From assembly GCA_964549025.1 (NCBI GenBank), contig CAZJUE010000004.1:1-34828 (forward strand): a DNA stretch of 34,828 nucleotides, in the 5' to 3' direction. Positions 25,129-33,728 of this stretch are shown here, one piece after another. The stretch is from an uncultured Anaerolineaceae bacterium (GTDB lineage Bacteria > Chloroflexota > Anaerolineae > Anaerolineales > E44-bin32). The translations under genes and the position numbers were made by a program. Below the pieces are notes generated by a model. The model made no database searches. It was not told the origin of the DNA and saw nothing but the letters and a program-made list of their open reading frames with translations. The stretch's first letter is position 1, and each line of letters begins with the position of its first letter.

Positions 25129-26190
25129 TCAGGCGAACTCGGTGTTGATGTCGAGCAGGCTCTCCCGCGACGGACGCAGCTCGCTCTCATTCAAGCTGGC
25201 CAGAGGCCGATCGATCAGGCCTTCCGCGTCCTGCAAGCTGGTGAAGTCGGGGTTGTAGTAGATCAAGCCGGTGGTCAACACCTGCTGACCCCGACTCTCC
25301 TCCAGCAGCCGGATGGCGGCCGCCCGGTCGGTCGGGTCGTAATCGCGCTCGAGCTTCTTGAGCAGCAGCGTCGAACCGTCGTGCAGCTCGACCTCGGCGG
25401 TCTCGCCCTCCTGGTAGTCGACCTGGATGTCTTCCCGTTTGGGCACGTAGGTCACATCGTGCAGCGGCTGCTCGTGCTCGCGACCCCAGCCGTAGCTCTT
25501 GGTCGACTCATCGCGGTTGTTGAAGGTAACGCAGGGGCTGATGATATCCAGCAGCGCGGTGCCGTTGTGGCTTAGCGCGGCCTTGATCAGCTCGATCATC
25601 TGCTTGGGATCGCCGGAGAAAGAGCGGGCCACGAAGCCGCAGTTGGCGGCGATGGCCTCCAGCGCCAGGTCGACCGGCATGAAGGGATTGAGACCGGCGT
25701 ACTTCAATCGCTGATCCCGATCGGCGGTGGCCGAGAATTGGCCCTTGGTCAACCCGTACACACCGTTGTTCTCGATGATGTACACCATTGGCAGGTTGCG
25801 ACGCATCACATGTTTGAATTGGCCCATGCCGATGCTGGCGGTGTCTCCGTCGCCGCTGACACCAATGGCCTTCAGCGAACGGTTGCTGACCAGCGCGCCG
25901 GTAGCCAGCGACGGCATCCGCCCGTGCAGGCTATTGAAGCCGTGCGACTGACCCAGGAAATAGGCGGGGGTTTTGCTCGAGCATCCGATGCCGGACAGCT
26001 TGACGATCTCGTGCGGCTCCAGCGCCAGCTCGTAAGCCGCGCTGACGATCTGGCTGGAGATTGCGTTGTGCCCGCAGCCAGCACACATGGTGGAGGGCCG
26101 GCCGTTGTAGTCAAGCTTGGTCAGCCCGACCAGGTTGGTCTTGCCTTTGGTGCTTTGGCGGGTCTGTGTGTCGGTTGCCATTTCACTCAC
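25129..26190 (-). CDS. korB: 2-oxoacid:ferredoxin oxidoreductase, beta (TPP-binding) subunit
   Basis: CAGCGH near the N-terminus, GIGCSS and GDGDTASIGMGQF (TPP/Mg motif). Overlaps the korA stop by 8 nt (GTG start; an ATG 3 codons later is possible). Confidence 0.9.
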   Translation of the reverse strand: MSEMATDTQTRQSTKGKTNLVGLTKLDYNGRPSTMCAGCGHNAISSQIVSAAYELALEPHEIVKLSGIGCSSKTPAYFLGQSHGFNSLHGRMPSLATGALVSNRSLKAIGVSGDGDTASIGMGQFKHVMRRNLPMVYIIENNGVYGLTKGQFSATADRDQRLKYAGLNPFMPVDLALEAIAANCGFVARSFSGDPKQMIELIKAALSHNGTALLDIISPCVTFNNRDESTKSYGWGREHEQPLHDVTYVPKREDIQVDYQEGETAEVELHDGSTLLLKKLERDYDPTDRAAAIRLLEESRGQQVLTTGLIYYNPDFTSLQDAEGLIDRPLASLNESELRPSRESLLDINTEFA

Positions 26191-28054
26191 CCTCCGCGCC
26201 CTTCAGCGCCTCTACAATCCAACGCGCAGTCACCGGCAGCCCGTTGTTATGCGTCAGCGAACGCAAATCCGTGGCCCGCTCGGGCACCTCCAACTGCAGC
26301 AGCTTGTGCATCTGGCCGTCGGTGTTCATCTCCAAAACGTAGCAGCGCTGGTGGTCCTGCACGAACTCCACCACCGACTCGGTGAACGGAATCCCGCGCA
26401 CCCGCAAGGCGTCGATCGTCTGGCCGTCCTTTTCCAGCCGCTGCAGCGCTTCCTGCACGGCGGATTCGGTGGATCCGTAATAGATTAGCCCAACCGATTC
26501 TTCTCCCGAGCCGCGCAGCACCGGTTCGGGGATGTACCGGCGGGCGGTCTTACCTTTGCGCATCAGGCGTTCCATGTTCCTGACCCAGTCCTCCGGCCGT
26601 TCGCTGTACACCGCTTTGTCGTTGTGGCCGGTGCCACGGGCGAACCAGGCCGAGCGGGGATGAGTGTTGCCGGGCAGCGTGCGATACGGAATTCCGTCTC
26701 CGTCCACGTCCCGGTAGCGGGCAAACTCATCCACTTGCTCCAGCTCCTCGGCGCTCAGCACCTTGCCGCGGTCCATGGGCTCGTCCGGGTACTGCAAGGG
26801 GTCGGACATCCACAAATTCATTCCCAGGTCCAGATCGCTGAGTACGAAGACCGGGCTCTGCAGCCGTTCGGCGAGGTCAAAAGCCCGCCAGCCAAACTCA
26901 AAACACTCGGCCACCGATCCGGGCAACAGCATCACGTTCTTGGTATCCCCATGGCCCAAGTAACGGACGAACATCAAATCGCCCTGCGAGGTACGGGTGG
27001 GCAAGCCGGTACTGGGGCCCATCCGCTGGACGTCCCAGATCACCACCGGTATCTCGGCGAAGAACGCCAACCCCACAAACTCGGCCATCAACGAAATGCC
27101 CGGTCCGGAGGTGGAGGTCATGGCCCGCGCCCCCGCCCAACCGGCGCCGATGGCCATGCCGATGGCGGCCAGCTCGTCCTCGGCCTGGATGATGGCGAAA
27201 CTGTGCTTGCCGTTCTCCTTGCGCAGGCGCGGCAGGTACTCCCGAGCCGCGTCGGCAAAGCTGGAGGCCGGCGTGATCGGGTACCACGAGGCGAAGCTTA
27301 CCCCGCCGTAAATGGCGCCCAGCGCACCGGCGGTGTTGCCGTCGATGAGAATCTTGCCCGCCGTCTGATCATCGTACGCAACCACGTAGCGATCCTGCTT
27401 ATCGAGGTTGGCGGCCGACCACTCGGCGGCCAACTCAATCATCGACATGTTGAGCTCGACCGGCTTCTCGCGTCCCCCGAAGTGCTTCCACAGCGCCCGA
27501 CGTACGGCCGCAAGGTCAATGCCGAGTTTCTCGGAGACCACACCCACATAACCCATGTTGGCCACGTAGTCGCGCAGGTCGCGCGGCGGATCCACCTGCT
27601 TTACCAGGTCTTTGATCGGCATCGGGTAGTACACGACATCGTCCCGTTCGGGGGGCATTTGCAGCTCATCGTTGTAGAAGCACACGCCGCCGCTGGCCAG
27701 GTCTTCCAGGTCCTCCGCCACGGTGGGCTGATTCATCGCCACCAGGATCTCGACCGTGTCGCGGCGGGCGGTTTCGCCCAGGCTGCTGGCCCGGATGGTG
27801 TACCAGGTCGGCAGTCCCTGGATGTTGGATGGAAACAGGTTCTTGCCGCTGACCGGGATACCCATGTTAAACAGCGCCCGGATAAGCGCCAGGTTGGAAG
27901 TTTGGCTGCCGGAGCCGTTGGCGGTGGCGACCACCATCGAGAAATCATTGATGATCTGCTCGCCGTCCGGTTGACGTGCCGCATCGGCCGGGCTTTGTTC
28001 TTGCTCGGCTGGTTGGGCACTCTGCTTGCGTTCAGCGGTTGGTGTCTCAGTCAT
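26183..28054 (-). CDS. korA: 2-oxoacid:ferredoxin oxidoreductase, alpha subunit (fused gamma/alpha type)
   Basis: 623 aa. ATANGSGSQTSN..., YPITPAS, AIGMAIGAGWAGARAMTSTSGPG. The ATG overlaps the upstream GntR stop (ATGA). Confidence 0.9.
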   Translation of the reverse strand: MTETPTAERKQSAQPAEQEQSPADAARQPDGEQIINDFSMVVATANGSGSQTSNLALIRALFNMGIPVSGKNLFPSNIQGLPTWYTIRASSLGETARRDTVEILVAMNQPTVAEDLEDLASGGVCFYNDELQMPPERDDVVYYPMPIKDLVKQVDPPRDLRDYVANMGYVGVVSEKLGIDLAAVRRALWKHFGGREKPVELNMSMIELAAEWSAANLDKQDRYVVAYDDQTAGKILIDGNTAGALGAIYGGVSFASWYPITPASSFADAAREYLPRLRKENGKHSFAIIQAEDELAAIGMAIGAGWAGARAMTSTSGPGISLMAEFVGLAFFAEIPVVIWDVQRMGPSTGLPTRTSQGDLMFVRYLGHGDTKNVMLLPGSVAECFEFGWRAFDLAERLQSPVFVLSDLDLGMNLWMSDPLQYPDEPMDRGKVLSAEELEQVDEFARYRDVDGDGIPYRTLPGNTHPRSAWFARGTGHNDKAVYSERPEDWVRNMERLMRKGKTARRYIPEPVLRGSGEESVGLIYYGSTESAVQEALQRLEKDGQTIDALRVRGIPFTESVVEFVQDHQRCYVLEMNTDGQMHKLLQLEVPERATDLRSLTHNNGLPVTARWIVEALKGAEGE

Positions 28055-28791
28055 TTTCGACGATTCGCCTCCGGTCCGTTCGGATGCAGTTCAGCCATGG
28101 CGGCTTGCGGCCGGGAGCGCAGCAGCGCGGTGTGCTCGATCAGCGCCTGGTGCCCGGCATCGGTGTCACCAGCCAGGATGGCATCCACCATTTGCCCGTG
28201 GTAGTTCCAGACTTCGGTCAGGTAGCTGTAGTCCTCGTATCGATTCAACCCCACCGCCTCGTAGGCATCCCAATAAGCTTCCAGGATGCCCAGCACGAAG
28301 GGATTGTTCAGGCGGGAGAAAATGGTCATGTGCAGCTCACGGTGCTCCACGTGCGGGATCTGAATTGGATCGCCTTCCAGCTTGCTCCAGGCACGCTCCA
28401 TCAGCTGGTTGAGGTAGCCGCGATCGTCCGGGCCCAACGCCTCGACTGCCTCGTGCCAGAAGCCGAACTCAAGCTGATTGCGCAGCCGGCTGAATTGGCT
28501 GAAGTAGCTCGGATCGAGCGCCAGCGCAAAGCCCAGCCCAACCTGCACCGCCGGCGCGAAGCTGAACTCTCGCACCCGGATCCCGGTCTTGGGTCGAACC
28601 TCCACCAGGCCGAGCTCCCGGGCGACCTCCAGCTGCTCGCGCAGCTTGCCAGAGCTGATCCCCAGATGCTCAGAGAGCTCGCTGATCGGCGGCAGCCGCT
28701 CGCCCGGCTCACCGTTCAGCGACGCCAGGTAACGCATGAATTCCGAGTTCACGGTGTCAATATGGTCAAAACCCATCACATTCATATTCAT
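28051..28791 (-). CDS. GntR-family transcriptional regulator (FadR/FCD subfamily)
   Basis: wHTH LPPISELSEHLGISSGKLREQLEVARELGLVEVRPKTGIRV followed by an all-helical FCD-like domain. It is translationally coupled to korA. Confidence 0.85.
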   Translation of the reverse strand: MNMNVMGFDHIDTVNSEFMRYLASLNGEPGERLPPISELSEHLGISSGKLREQLEVARELGLVEVRPKTGIRVREFSFAPAVQVGLGFALALDPSYFSQFSRLRNQLEFGFWHEAVEALGPDDRGYLNQLMERAWSKLEGDPIQIPHVEHRELHMTIFSRLNNPFVLGILEAYWDAYEAVGLNRYEDYSYLTEVWNYHGQMVDAILAGDTDAGHQALIEHTALLRSRPQAAMAELHPNGPEANRRK

Positions 28792-29019
28792 AGGATTTAT
28801 TATATCAATAGAATCAGCGTATGGCAGCGCAGATTGGCGCCTTGCAGTGCGACATTTGGCCTATACGCTGCAGCGGGCGGATGGTGCGCGCTCGTGCGGA
28901 AGGGGCCGCACCGACCTACTTCTGGGCGCGGGACGTGTCGGCCCGGTCGTGTGCGCGGAGCCGCGCTGGCCCAATACTGAACCCGGGGCCGCGCCTGCCC
29001 GCTCTGGTAAAATGCCGCG

Positions 29020-29631
29020 GTGTTCCGCAGGAGCCTGCTCCTGGGGGCGGCCGCTGCGCTGCTGGCGCTGTGGATCCCCACCTGGTACATCGATCGGCGC
29101 TTCGCCAGCAGCATGCATTCTCTGCACGACGCTCCTGCCGCCGAAGTGGCGATCGTGTTTGGCGCCGGGCTGCGGCGCGATGGCCGCCCGACTGCCGTGC
29201 TCTACGATCGGGTGGCTGCGGCGGCCGCGCTATTTCTGGGCGGCCGAGTCGAGCGGTTGCTGATGAGCGGCACCCGGTCCGGCGAAACCTATGACGAACC
29301 CGCGGCAATGCGTGAGCTGGCAATCGAGCTCGGCGTTCCAGAGCAAGCGATCGAGCTCGACGGCGGCGGAACCCGCACCTTTGCCACCTGCCAGCGAGCG
29401 ATGCAAGTGCACGGCGTGACGGAGGCCTTGCTGGTCACCCAGCGCTTTCACCTGCCGCGCGCGCTGGCGACCTGCGCTGGGCTTGGCTTGCAGGCCAGCG
29501 GAATCGAAGCCGACCTGCGACATTACAACCCGCGAGTCTATCGCTTCTGGGAGACGCGCGAGCTGCCGGCCACCACCGTTGCGGTGGTCGAGTTGGCAAT
29601 TGCCCGCCTTGGCAAGCTGGTACGACCATAA
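29020..29631 (+). CDS. DUF218 / SanA-YdcF (ElyC-like) family membrane-anchored protein
   Basis: An N-terminal TM helix, then VAIVFGAGLRRDGRPTAVLYDRVAAAAALFLGGRVERLLMSG...EPAAMRELAIELGVPEQAIELDGGGTRT, typical of SanA/DUF218. GTG start. Confidence 0.75.
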   Translation: MFRRSLLLGAAAALLALWIPTWYIDRRFASSMHSLHDAPAAEVAIVFGAGLRRDGRPTAVLYDRVAAAAALFLGGRVERLLMSGTRSGETYDEPAAMRELAIELGVPEQAIELDGGGTRTFATCQRAMQVHGVTEALLVTQRFHLPRALATCAGLGLQASGIEADLRHYNPRVYRFWETRELPATTVAVVELAIARLGKLVRP

Positions 29632-29755
29632 TGAAGCGCAACGGACCAATCGCGGAAGGCCTTCAGCCGGGCCAATCTCGATGAAGCTCAACGGACCGAT
29701 CGCGGCATGCACACAGCCGGCCCAATCCCAATGAAGCTCAACCGACCAATCGCCA
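29631..29755 (+). repeat. 50-bp tandem repeat, about 2.5 copies (units start at 29631, 29681, 29731)
   Basis: The units start ATGAAGCGCAACGGACCAATCGCGG / ATGAAGCTCAACGGACCGATCGCGG / ATGAAGCTCAACCGACCAATCGCC. A second conserved block AGCCGG(G/C)CCAATC occurs in units 1-2. A CCAATC/CCGATC core recurs every 24-26 bp, five times. Confidence 0.85.
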
Positions 29756-29806
29756 TCCGACACCGGCTCCCTCCGCAGCGCTCCAACCCGCCGGGTTCGA
29801 GCTGAT

Positions 29807-30370
29807 ATGGAACGCCCCCAGGCCCTGGCGATCGTCGAGCAGCACGTCTCCAATCCGAATCTCATCCGTCACATGCTGGCGGTTGAGGCGGCGATGCAGG
29901 ACTACGCCGGGCGGCTGGGCGGTGACCCTGCTGAATGGGGGCTGGCTGGCCTGCTGCACGACTTCGACTGGGAGATCCACCCTACCCTGGACGAGCACCC
30001 ACAGCTTGGCGCGCCGATGCTGCGCGAACACGGCGTGCCGCAGGAGATTGTGGACTGCATCTTGAGCCACGCCGACCACACCGGCGTGCCGCGCAACACA
30101 CCCATGCGGCGCGCGCTCTACGCCTGCGACGAGATCACCGGGCTGCTGACCGCGGTAGCATTGGTACGGCCCTCACGCTCGATCCTGGACGTCAAACTCA
30201 AGTCGATCCGCAAGAAGTGGAAGGACGCCCGTTTCGCCGCCAACGTCGATCGGCAGGAAATCGAGCACGCCGCCGACGCGCTGGGAATCGAGCTTTGGCA
30301 GCACGTCGAGCACGTGCTGCATTCGATGCAGCGCATCGCCCCTGAGTTGGGGTTGGATGGGGAAAACTAG
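29807..30370 (+). CDS. HD/HDIG-domain metal-dependent phosphohydrolase
   Basis: NLIRHMLAVEAAM...AGLLHDFDWE...HPQLGAPMLREHG...ILSHADHTG carries the H...HD...H...D pattern. No SD precedes the ATG. Confidence 0.75.
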   Translation: MERPQALAIVEQHVSNPNLIRHMLAVEAAMQDYAGRLGGDPAEWGLAGLLHDFDWEIHPTLDEHPQLGAPMLREHGVPQEIVDCILSHADHTGVPRNTPMRRALYACDEITGLLTAVALVRPSRSILDVKLKSIRKKWKDARFAANVDRQEIEHAADALGIELWQHVEHVLHSMQRIAPELGLDGEN

Positions 30371-30394
30371 GTATAATGCGCGCTTCCCAGCGAT

Positions 30395-31519
30395 ATGACT
30401 GAAGCAGCCCAATCCATCTGTCCGACCTGCGGCACGCGCGTCGCGGAAGACGCCACGCGCTGCGTGGTCTGCGGCACCGAGCTGCGGGGGCGCGCCGGCG
30501 CGCCGGCCACCCGGCAGGTACGGCTGGAGCTGCGCGTCGCGCTGGGGTTGGTGGCCGGGTTGACCGTGATCTCTGCCGGGATCACCTACGCCGCCACCCG
30601 CTTTGTGTTGCCGGCGCCGGCCAGCGCCGAGCCGACCGCCTCGCCATCGCCGTCGCCGACCCAGTCGCTGACCCCCTCCACCACGCCAACTCCGACCACC
30701 CAGCCGAGCGCTACCCCTCTGCCCCCGATCAACTACACGGTGGTTGAAGGGGATACCTGCGGCGGCATCGCCTTCTTCTTCGACGTATCGGTGCGCTCGA
30801 TCATCGAAATCAACAATCTGGGGACCGAGTGCGTGCTCTCAATCGGCCAGCAGGTCCTGATTCCGCAGCCGACTCCCACCGTGACCCCCGAGCCCTCGGC
30901 CACCCTATCGCCCGAGCAGGCGACCGAAGCCGCCTGCCCCAAAGAGAATTACACCGTCGAAGCCAACGACACCCTGTTCGGCATCGCGCAGAACTACAAC
31001 GTGGCGGTGCAATCGATCAAGGACTACAACGGTCTGGTAAGCGACACGGTGTTCCAGGGCCAAAGGCTGGTAATCCCGCTGTGCGAGCGGCTGACGGTTG
31101 GCGGCGCCACCCCGACCCCCACTTTGCCTCCGCCATACCCGGCGCCGAACCTGCTGCTGCCCCGCGACGGCGAGGCCTTCAGCCTGGCCAACGAGACTAT
31201 CAGCTTGCAGTGGGCTTCGGTGGGAGCGCTGCGGGAGGGCGAGTTTTACCGGGTCACGATTGTGGATGTCACCGACCAGACCACCGGTTCGGGTGAGCGG
31301 ACGCTCATCGACTACGTCACCAACACCAACTACATTGTGCCGGCCGACTTTCGACCCAGCGGCACGGCGGTGCACGCGCTGCGCTGGTGGGTGGAAACCG
31401 TGCGGCTTTCAGGAACCACCACCGGCGGCGAGCCGCGCTACGTTTCGGCCGGCGCCAGCAGCGTGAAGCGAGTATTCACCTGGTTTGGCGGCGCGCTGTC
31501 CGCCACCGCAACTCCTTAG
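30395..31519 (+). CDS. Zinc-ribbon / TM-anchored protein with two LysM domains and an uncharacterised C-terminal domain
   Basis: CPTCGTRVAEDATRCVVCGTEL (zinc ribbon), a TM helix, and a Pro/Thr/Ser linker. LysM 1 is YTVVEGDTCGGIAFFFDVSVRSIIEINNL...GQQVLIP; LysM 2 is YTVEANDTLFGIAQNYNVAVQSIKDYNGL...GQRLVIP. TATAAT lies at 30372-30377. Confidence 0.8.
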   Translation: MTEAAQSICPTCGTRVAEDATRCVVCGTELRGRAGAPATRQVRLELRVALGLVAGLTVISAGITYAATRFVLPAPASAEPTASPSPSPTQSLTPSTTPTPTTQPSATPLPPINYTVVEGDTCGGIAFFFDVSVRSIIEINNLGTECVLSIGQQVLIPQPTPTVTPEPSATLSPEQATEAACPKENYTVEANDTLFGIAQNYNVAVQSIKDYNGLVSDTVFQGQRLVIPLCERLTVGGATPTPTLPPPYPAPNLLLPRDGEAFSLANETISLQWASVGALREGEFYRVTIVDVTDQTTGSGERTLIDYVTNTNYIVPADFRPSGTAVHALRWWVETVRLSGTTTGGEPRYVSAGASSVKRVFTWFGGALSATATP

Positions 31520-31540
31520 CTCAATTCCTCATCCCAAGCC

Positions 31541-31573
31541 AAAAACGGAGCGCTCGAAGGAGCGCCCCGTTTT
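31541..31573. terminator. Bidirectional rho-independent terminator between convergent LysM gene and mdh
   Basis: AAAAACGGAGCGCTC-GAAG-GAGCGCCCCGTTTT: a GC-rich stem with one mismatch, flanked by an A-tract and a T-tract. Confidence 0.7.
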
Positions 31574-31634
31574 GCTATGGCTTTATGAGATTGGCCCGGG
31601 TGCGTGTGCTTGCGCGAGCCGATGGATCGCCAGA

Positions 31635-32570
31635 CTAACTCGGCTCCATCACCTTGAGCGAGCCAATGGTCTCACGCACGTGGTCGGCGGAGGCCTGCAG
31701 CATTTGCTGCTCGGCATCGTTCAATTCGTACTCGATTACCTTCTCCAATCCGGTGGCGCCCAGCTGGGCCGGCACCCCGAAGAAGATGTCGGACTGGCCG
31801 TACTCGCCCTCCAGGTAGACCGAAGCCGGCACCACCAGATGACGATCGCGCAGGATGGCGTCCACCATCTGAGTGAGCGCCGCCGACGGCGCGTAGAAAG
31901 CGGAGCCGGTTTTTAGCAGGCCGACGATCTCGCCGCCGCCTTTGCGGGTGCGCTCGACGATGGCGTCCAGCTTCGCTTTGCCCAGCATCTTCTCCAGCGG
32001 CACGCCGGCCACGTTCGAGTGTCGGGTCAGCGGGACCATATCATCGCCGTGCCCGCCCAACACATAGCAGTGGACGTTCTGCACGCTGATCTCCAGCTCC
32101 ATCGCCACGAAGGCTCGCATACGCGCCGAGTCGAGGATGCCGGCCTGACCGATCACCCGCTCGCGCGGCAAGTTACCCACCTTCATCGCCAGGTATGCCA
32201 TGGCGTCCAGCGGGTTGGTGAGGATCAGCAGGATGGCGTCGGGCGAGACGCTGAGCGATTCCTCCACCGCGGTGCCGATGATCTTGCTGTTAGCTTCGAT
32301 CAGATCGTCACGGCTCATGCCGGGCTTGCGCGGCAGGCCGGCGGTGATGATCACGATGTCCGAATCGGCGGTTTCGCTGTAATCGTTGCTCCCGACCACC
32401 AGCACATCCGAACCGATCACCGGCATCGCTTCGGTGAGATCCAAAGCCTTCCCCTGCGGCATTCCTTCGACGATGTCCACCAGCACAATATCGGCCAGCT
32501 CACGCTCGGCCAGCCAGTGTGCGGTAGTGGCACCAGTTTGCCCGGCGCCGACGATGGTTACTTTTGCCAT
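31635..32570 (-). CDS. mdh: Malate dehydrogenase (LDH-like, type 3)
   Basis: KVTIVGAGQTGATTAHWLA, ITAGLPRKPGMSRDDL (Arg at the substrate-discriminating position, as in MDH rather than LDH), and GGHGDDMVP. GGAGG SD. Confidence 0.9.
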   Translation of the reverse strand: MAKVTIVGAGQTGATTAHWLAERELADIVLVDIVEGMPQGKALDLTEAMPVIGSDVLVVGSNDYSETADSDIVIITAGLPRKPGMSRDDLIEANSKIIGTAVEESLSVSPDAILLILTNPLDAMAYLAMKVGNLPRERVIGQAGILDSARMRAFVAMELEISVQNVHCYVLGGHGDDMVPLTRHSNVAGVPLEKMLGKAKLDAIVERTRKGGGEIVGLLKTGSAFYAPSAALTQMVDAILRDRHLVVPASVYLEGEYGQSDIFFGVPAQLGATGLEKVIEYELNDAEQQMLQASADHVRETIGSLKVMEPS

Positions 32571-32592
32571 GGTTCCTCCGTTTACGTCTGAA

Positions 32593-33660
32593 CTACATTT
32601 CGGCCAGCACTTCGATCCCCTGCCCGCGCTGGATCATTCCAATACGCCAGACCGGCAGCTCCTCAGCCGCCGCCATATCCGCAAAATCCTTCTCACGTTC
32701 GGCCGGGACCGCCAGCAGCAGTCCTCCAGAGGTCTGGGCATCGAATAGCAGCATGCGGTCCGCTTCGCCCAGGCGCTCATCGAAGGTCACCTGTTTGCCG
32801 TAGAACTGGCGGTTGTCCAGGCTGCCCCCTGGAAAAGTCCCGGCCTCAGCGTACGTTTTGGCGCCGGACAGGAACGGCACCTTCGAATACTCGATACGTA
32901 CCCCGACCGCAGAGGCCAGGGCGAGCTCCAGAGCGTGGCCCAGCAAACCGAATCCGGTCACGTCGGTTGCGGCGCGCACACCTACTTTACCGGCAACTTC
33001 GGCCGCCGCGCCGTTGAGTTTTGTCATCCATTCCACTACCTCAAGCTCATGTTCTGGCGCCCCCTGATCGCGGATCAGCGCCGTGGTGGTGACCCCGGTC
33101 CCCAGCGGCTTGGTGAGATACAGCGGTTCCCCCGGGCGCGCGGCGTCCTTGGTGAACATCGCCCCCGGCTCGGCGAAGCCACAGGCTACCAGCCCGTACT
33201 TCGGCTCCTTGTCCTGCACCGAGTGTCCGCCGGCGATGATCGCGCCAGCCTCCCTGACCTTCTCCGCCCCGCCTCGCAGGATGGTGCGGACGATCTCTGG
33301 ATCCAGGTCCACAGGCATTGCAGTGAGGTTGAGCGCCAAAAAGGGCTTGGCGTTCATGGCGTAAAGGTCAGACAGCGAATTGGCAGCCGCGATCGCGCCA
33401 AACGCGTAGGGATCGTCGACCACCGGGGTGAAGAAGTCGGTGGTGACCACCAGCGCCCGCGAGTCATCCAACCGCCAGACCGCTGCGTCGTCCGGGCTGT
33501 CCAGTCCGACCAGCAGATCTGGAGGAGCGTCGTCGCCGAATACCTCTTGAATCGGGCGCAGAACTTGCGCCAGCGTCTCCGCCGAGAGCTTAGAAGCTCA
33601 ACCGGCGCAGGTCGCCATGGCCGTGAGGCGCACTTCCCGCCCACTCCTTGGAACCGCCAT
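32593..33660 (-). CDS. selD: Selenide, water dikinase (selenophosphate synthetase), selenocysteine-containing; in-frame TGA at 33600-33598 (codon 21)
   Basis: The body (ORF track 32593-33471) is a clear SelD (AIR-synthase-like fold). Extending upstream in frame gives MAVPRSGREVRLTAMATCAGUASKLSAETLAQVLRPIQEVFGDDAPPDLLVGLDSPDDAAVWRLDD.... RLT-N7-U-x-x-K aligns residue for residue with E. coli IRLTQYSHGAGC17GCK20. GAGGAG SD lies 6 nt upstream of ATG 33660. Confidence 0.85.
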
Positions 33661-33728
33661 GGGTTCGCTCCTCGGACCCGCCGATTGTACGGTGCGCTGA
33701 CGACGGGTGTCAACGCGTGACGCCGTTG

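Noticed and set aside
26624-28204. 526-aa plus-strand ORF
   Set aside because: It is antisense to korA, which has unmistakable 2-oxoacid:ferredoxin oxidoreductase motifs. Its composition is that of a GC-rich shadow ORF.
27976-28980. 334-aa plus-strand ORF
   Set aside because: It is antisense to the GntR regulator and the start of korA, so it is a shadow ORF.
32593-33471. SelD called from the TTG at 33471 (ORF track)
   Set aside because: It would lack the catalytic Gly-rich N-terminus. The upstream in-frame sequence aligns to SelD through a single UGA, so the longer Sec-containing model is preferred.
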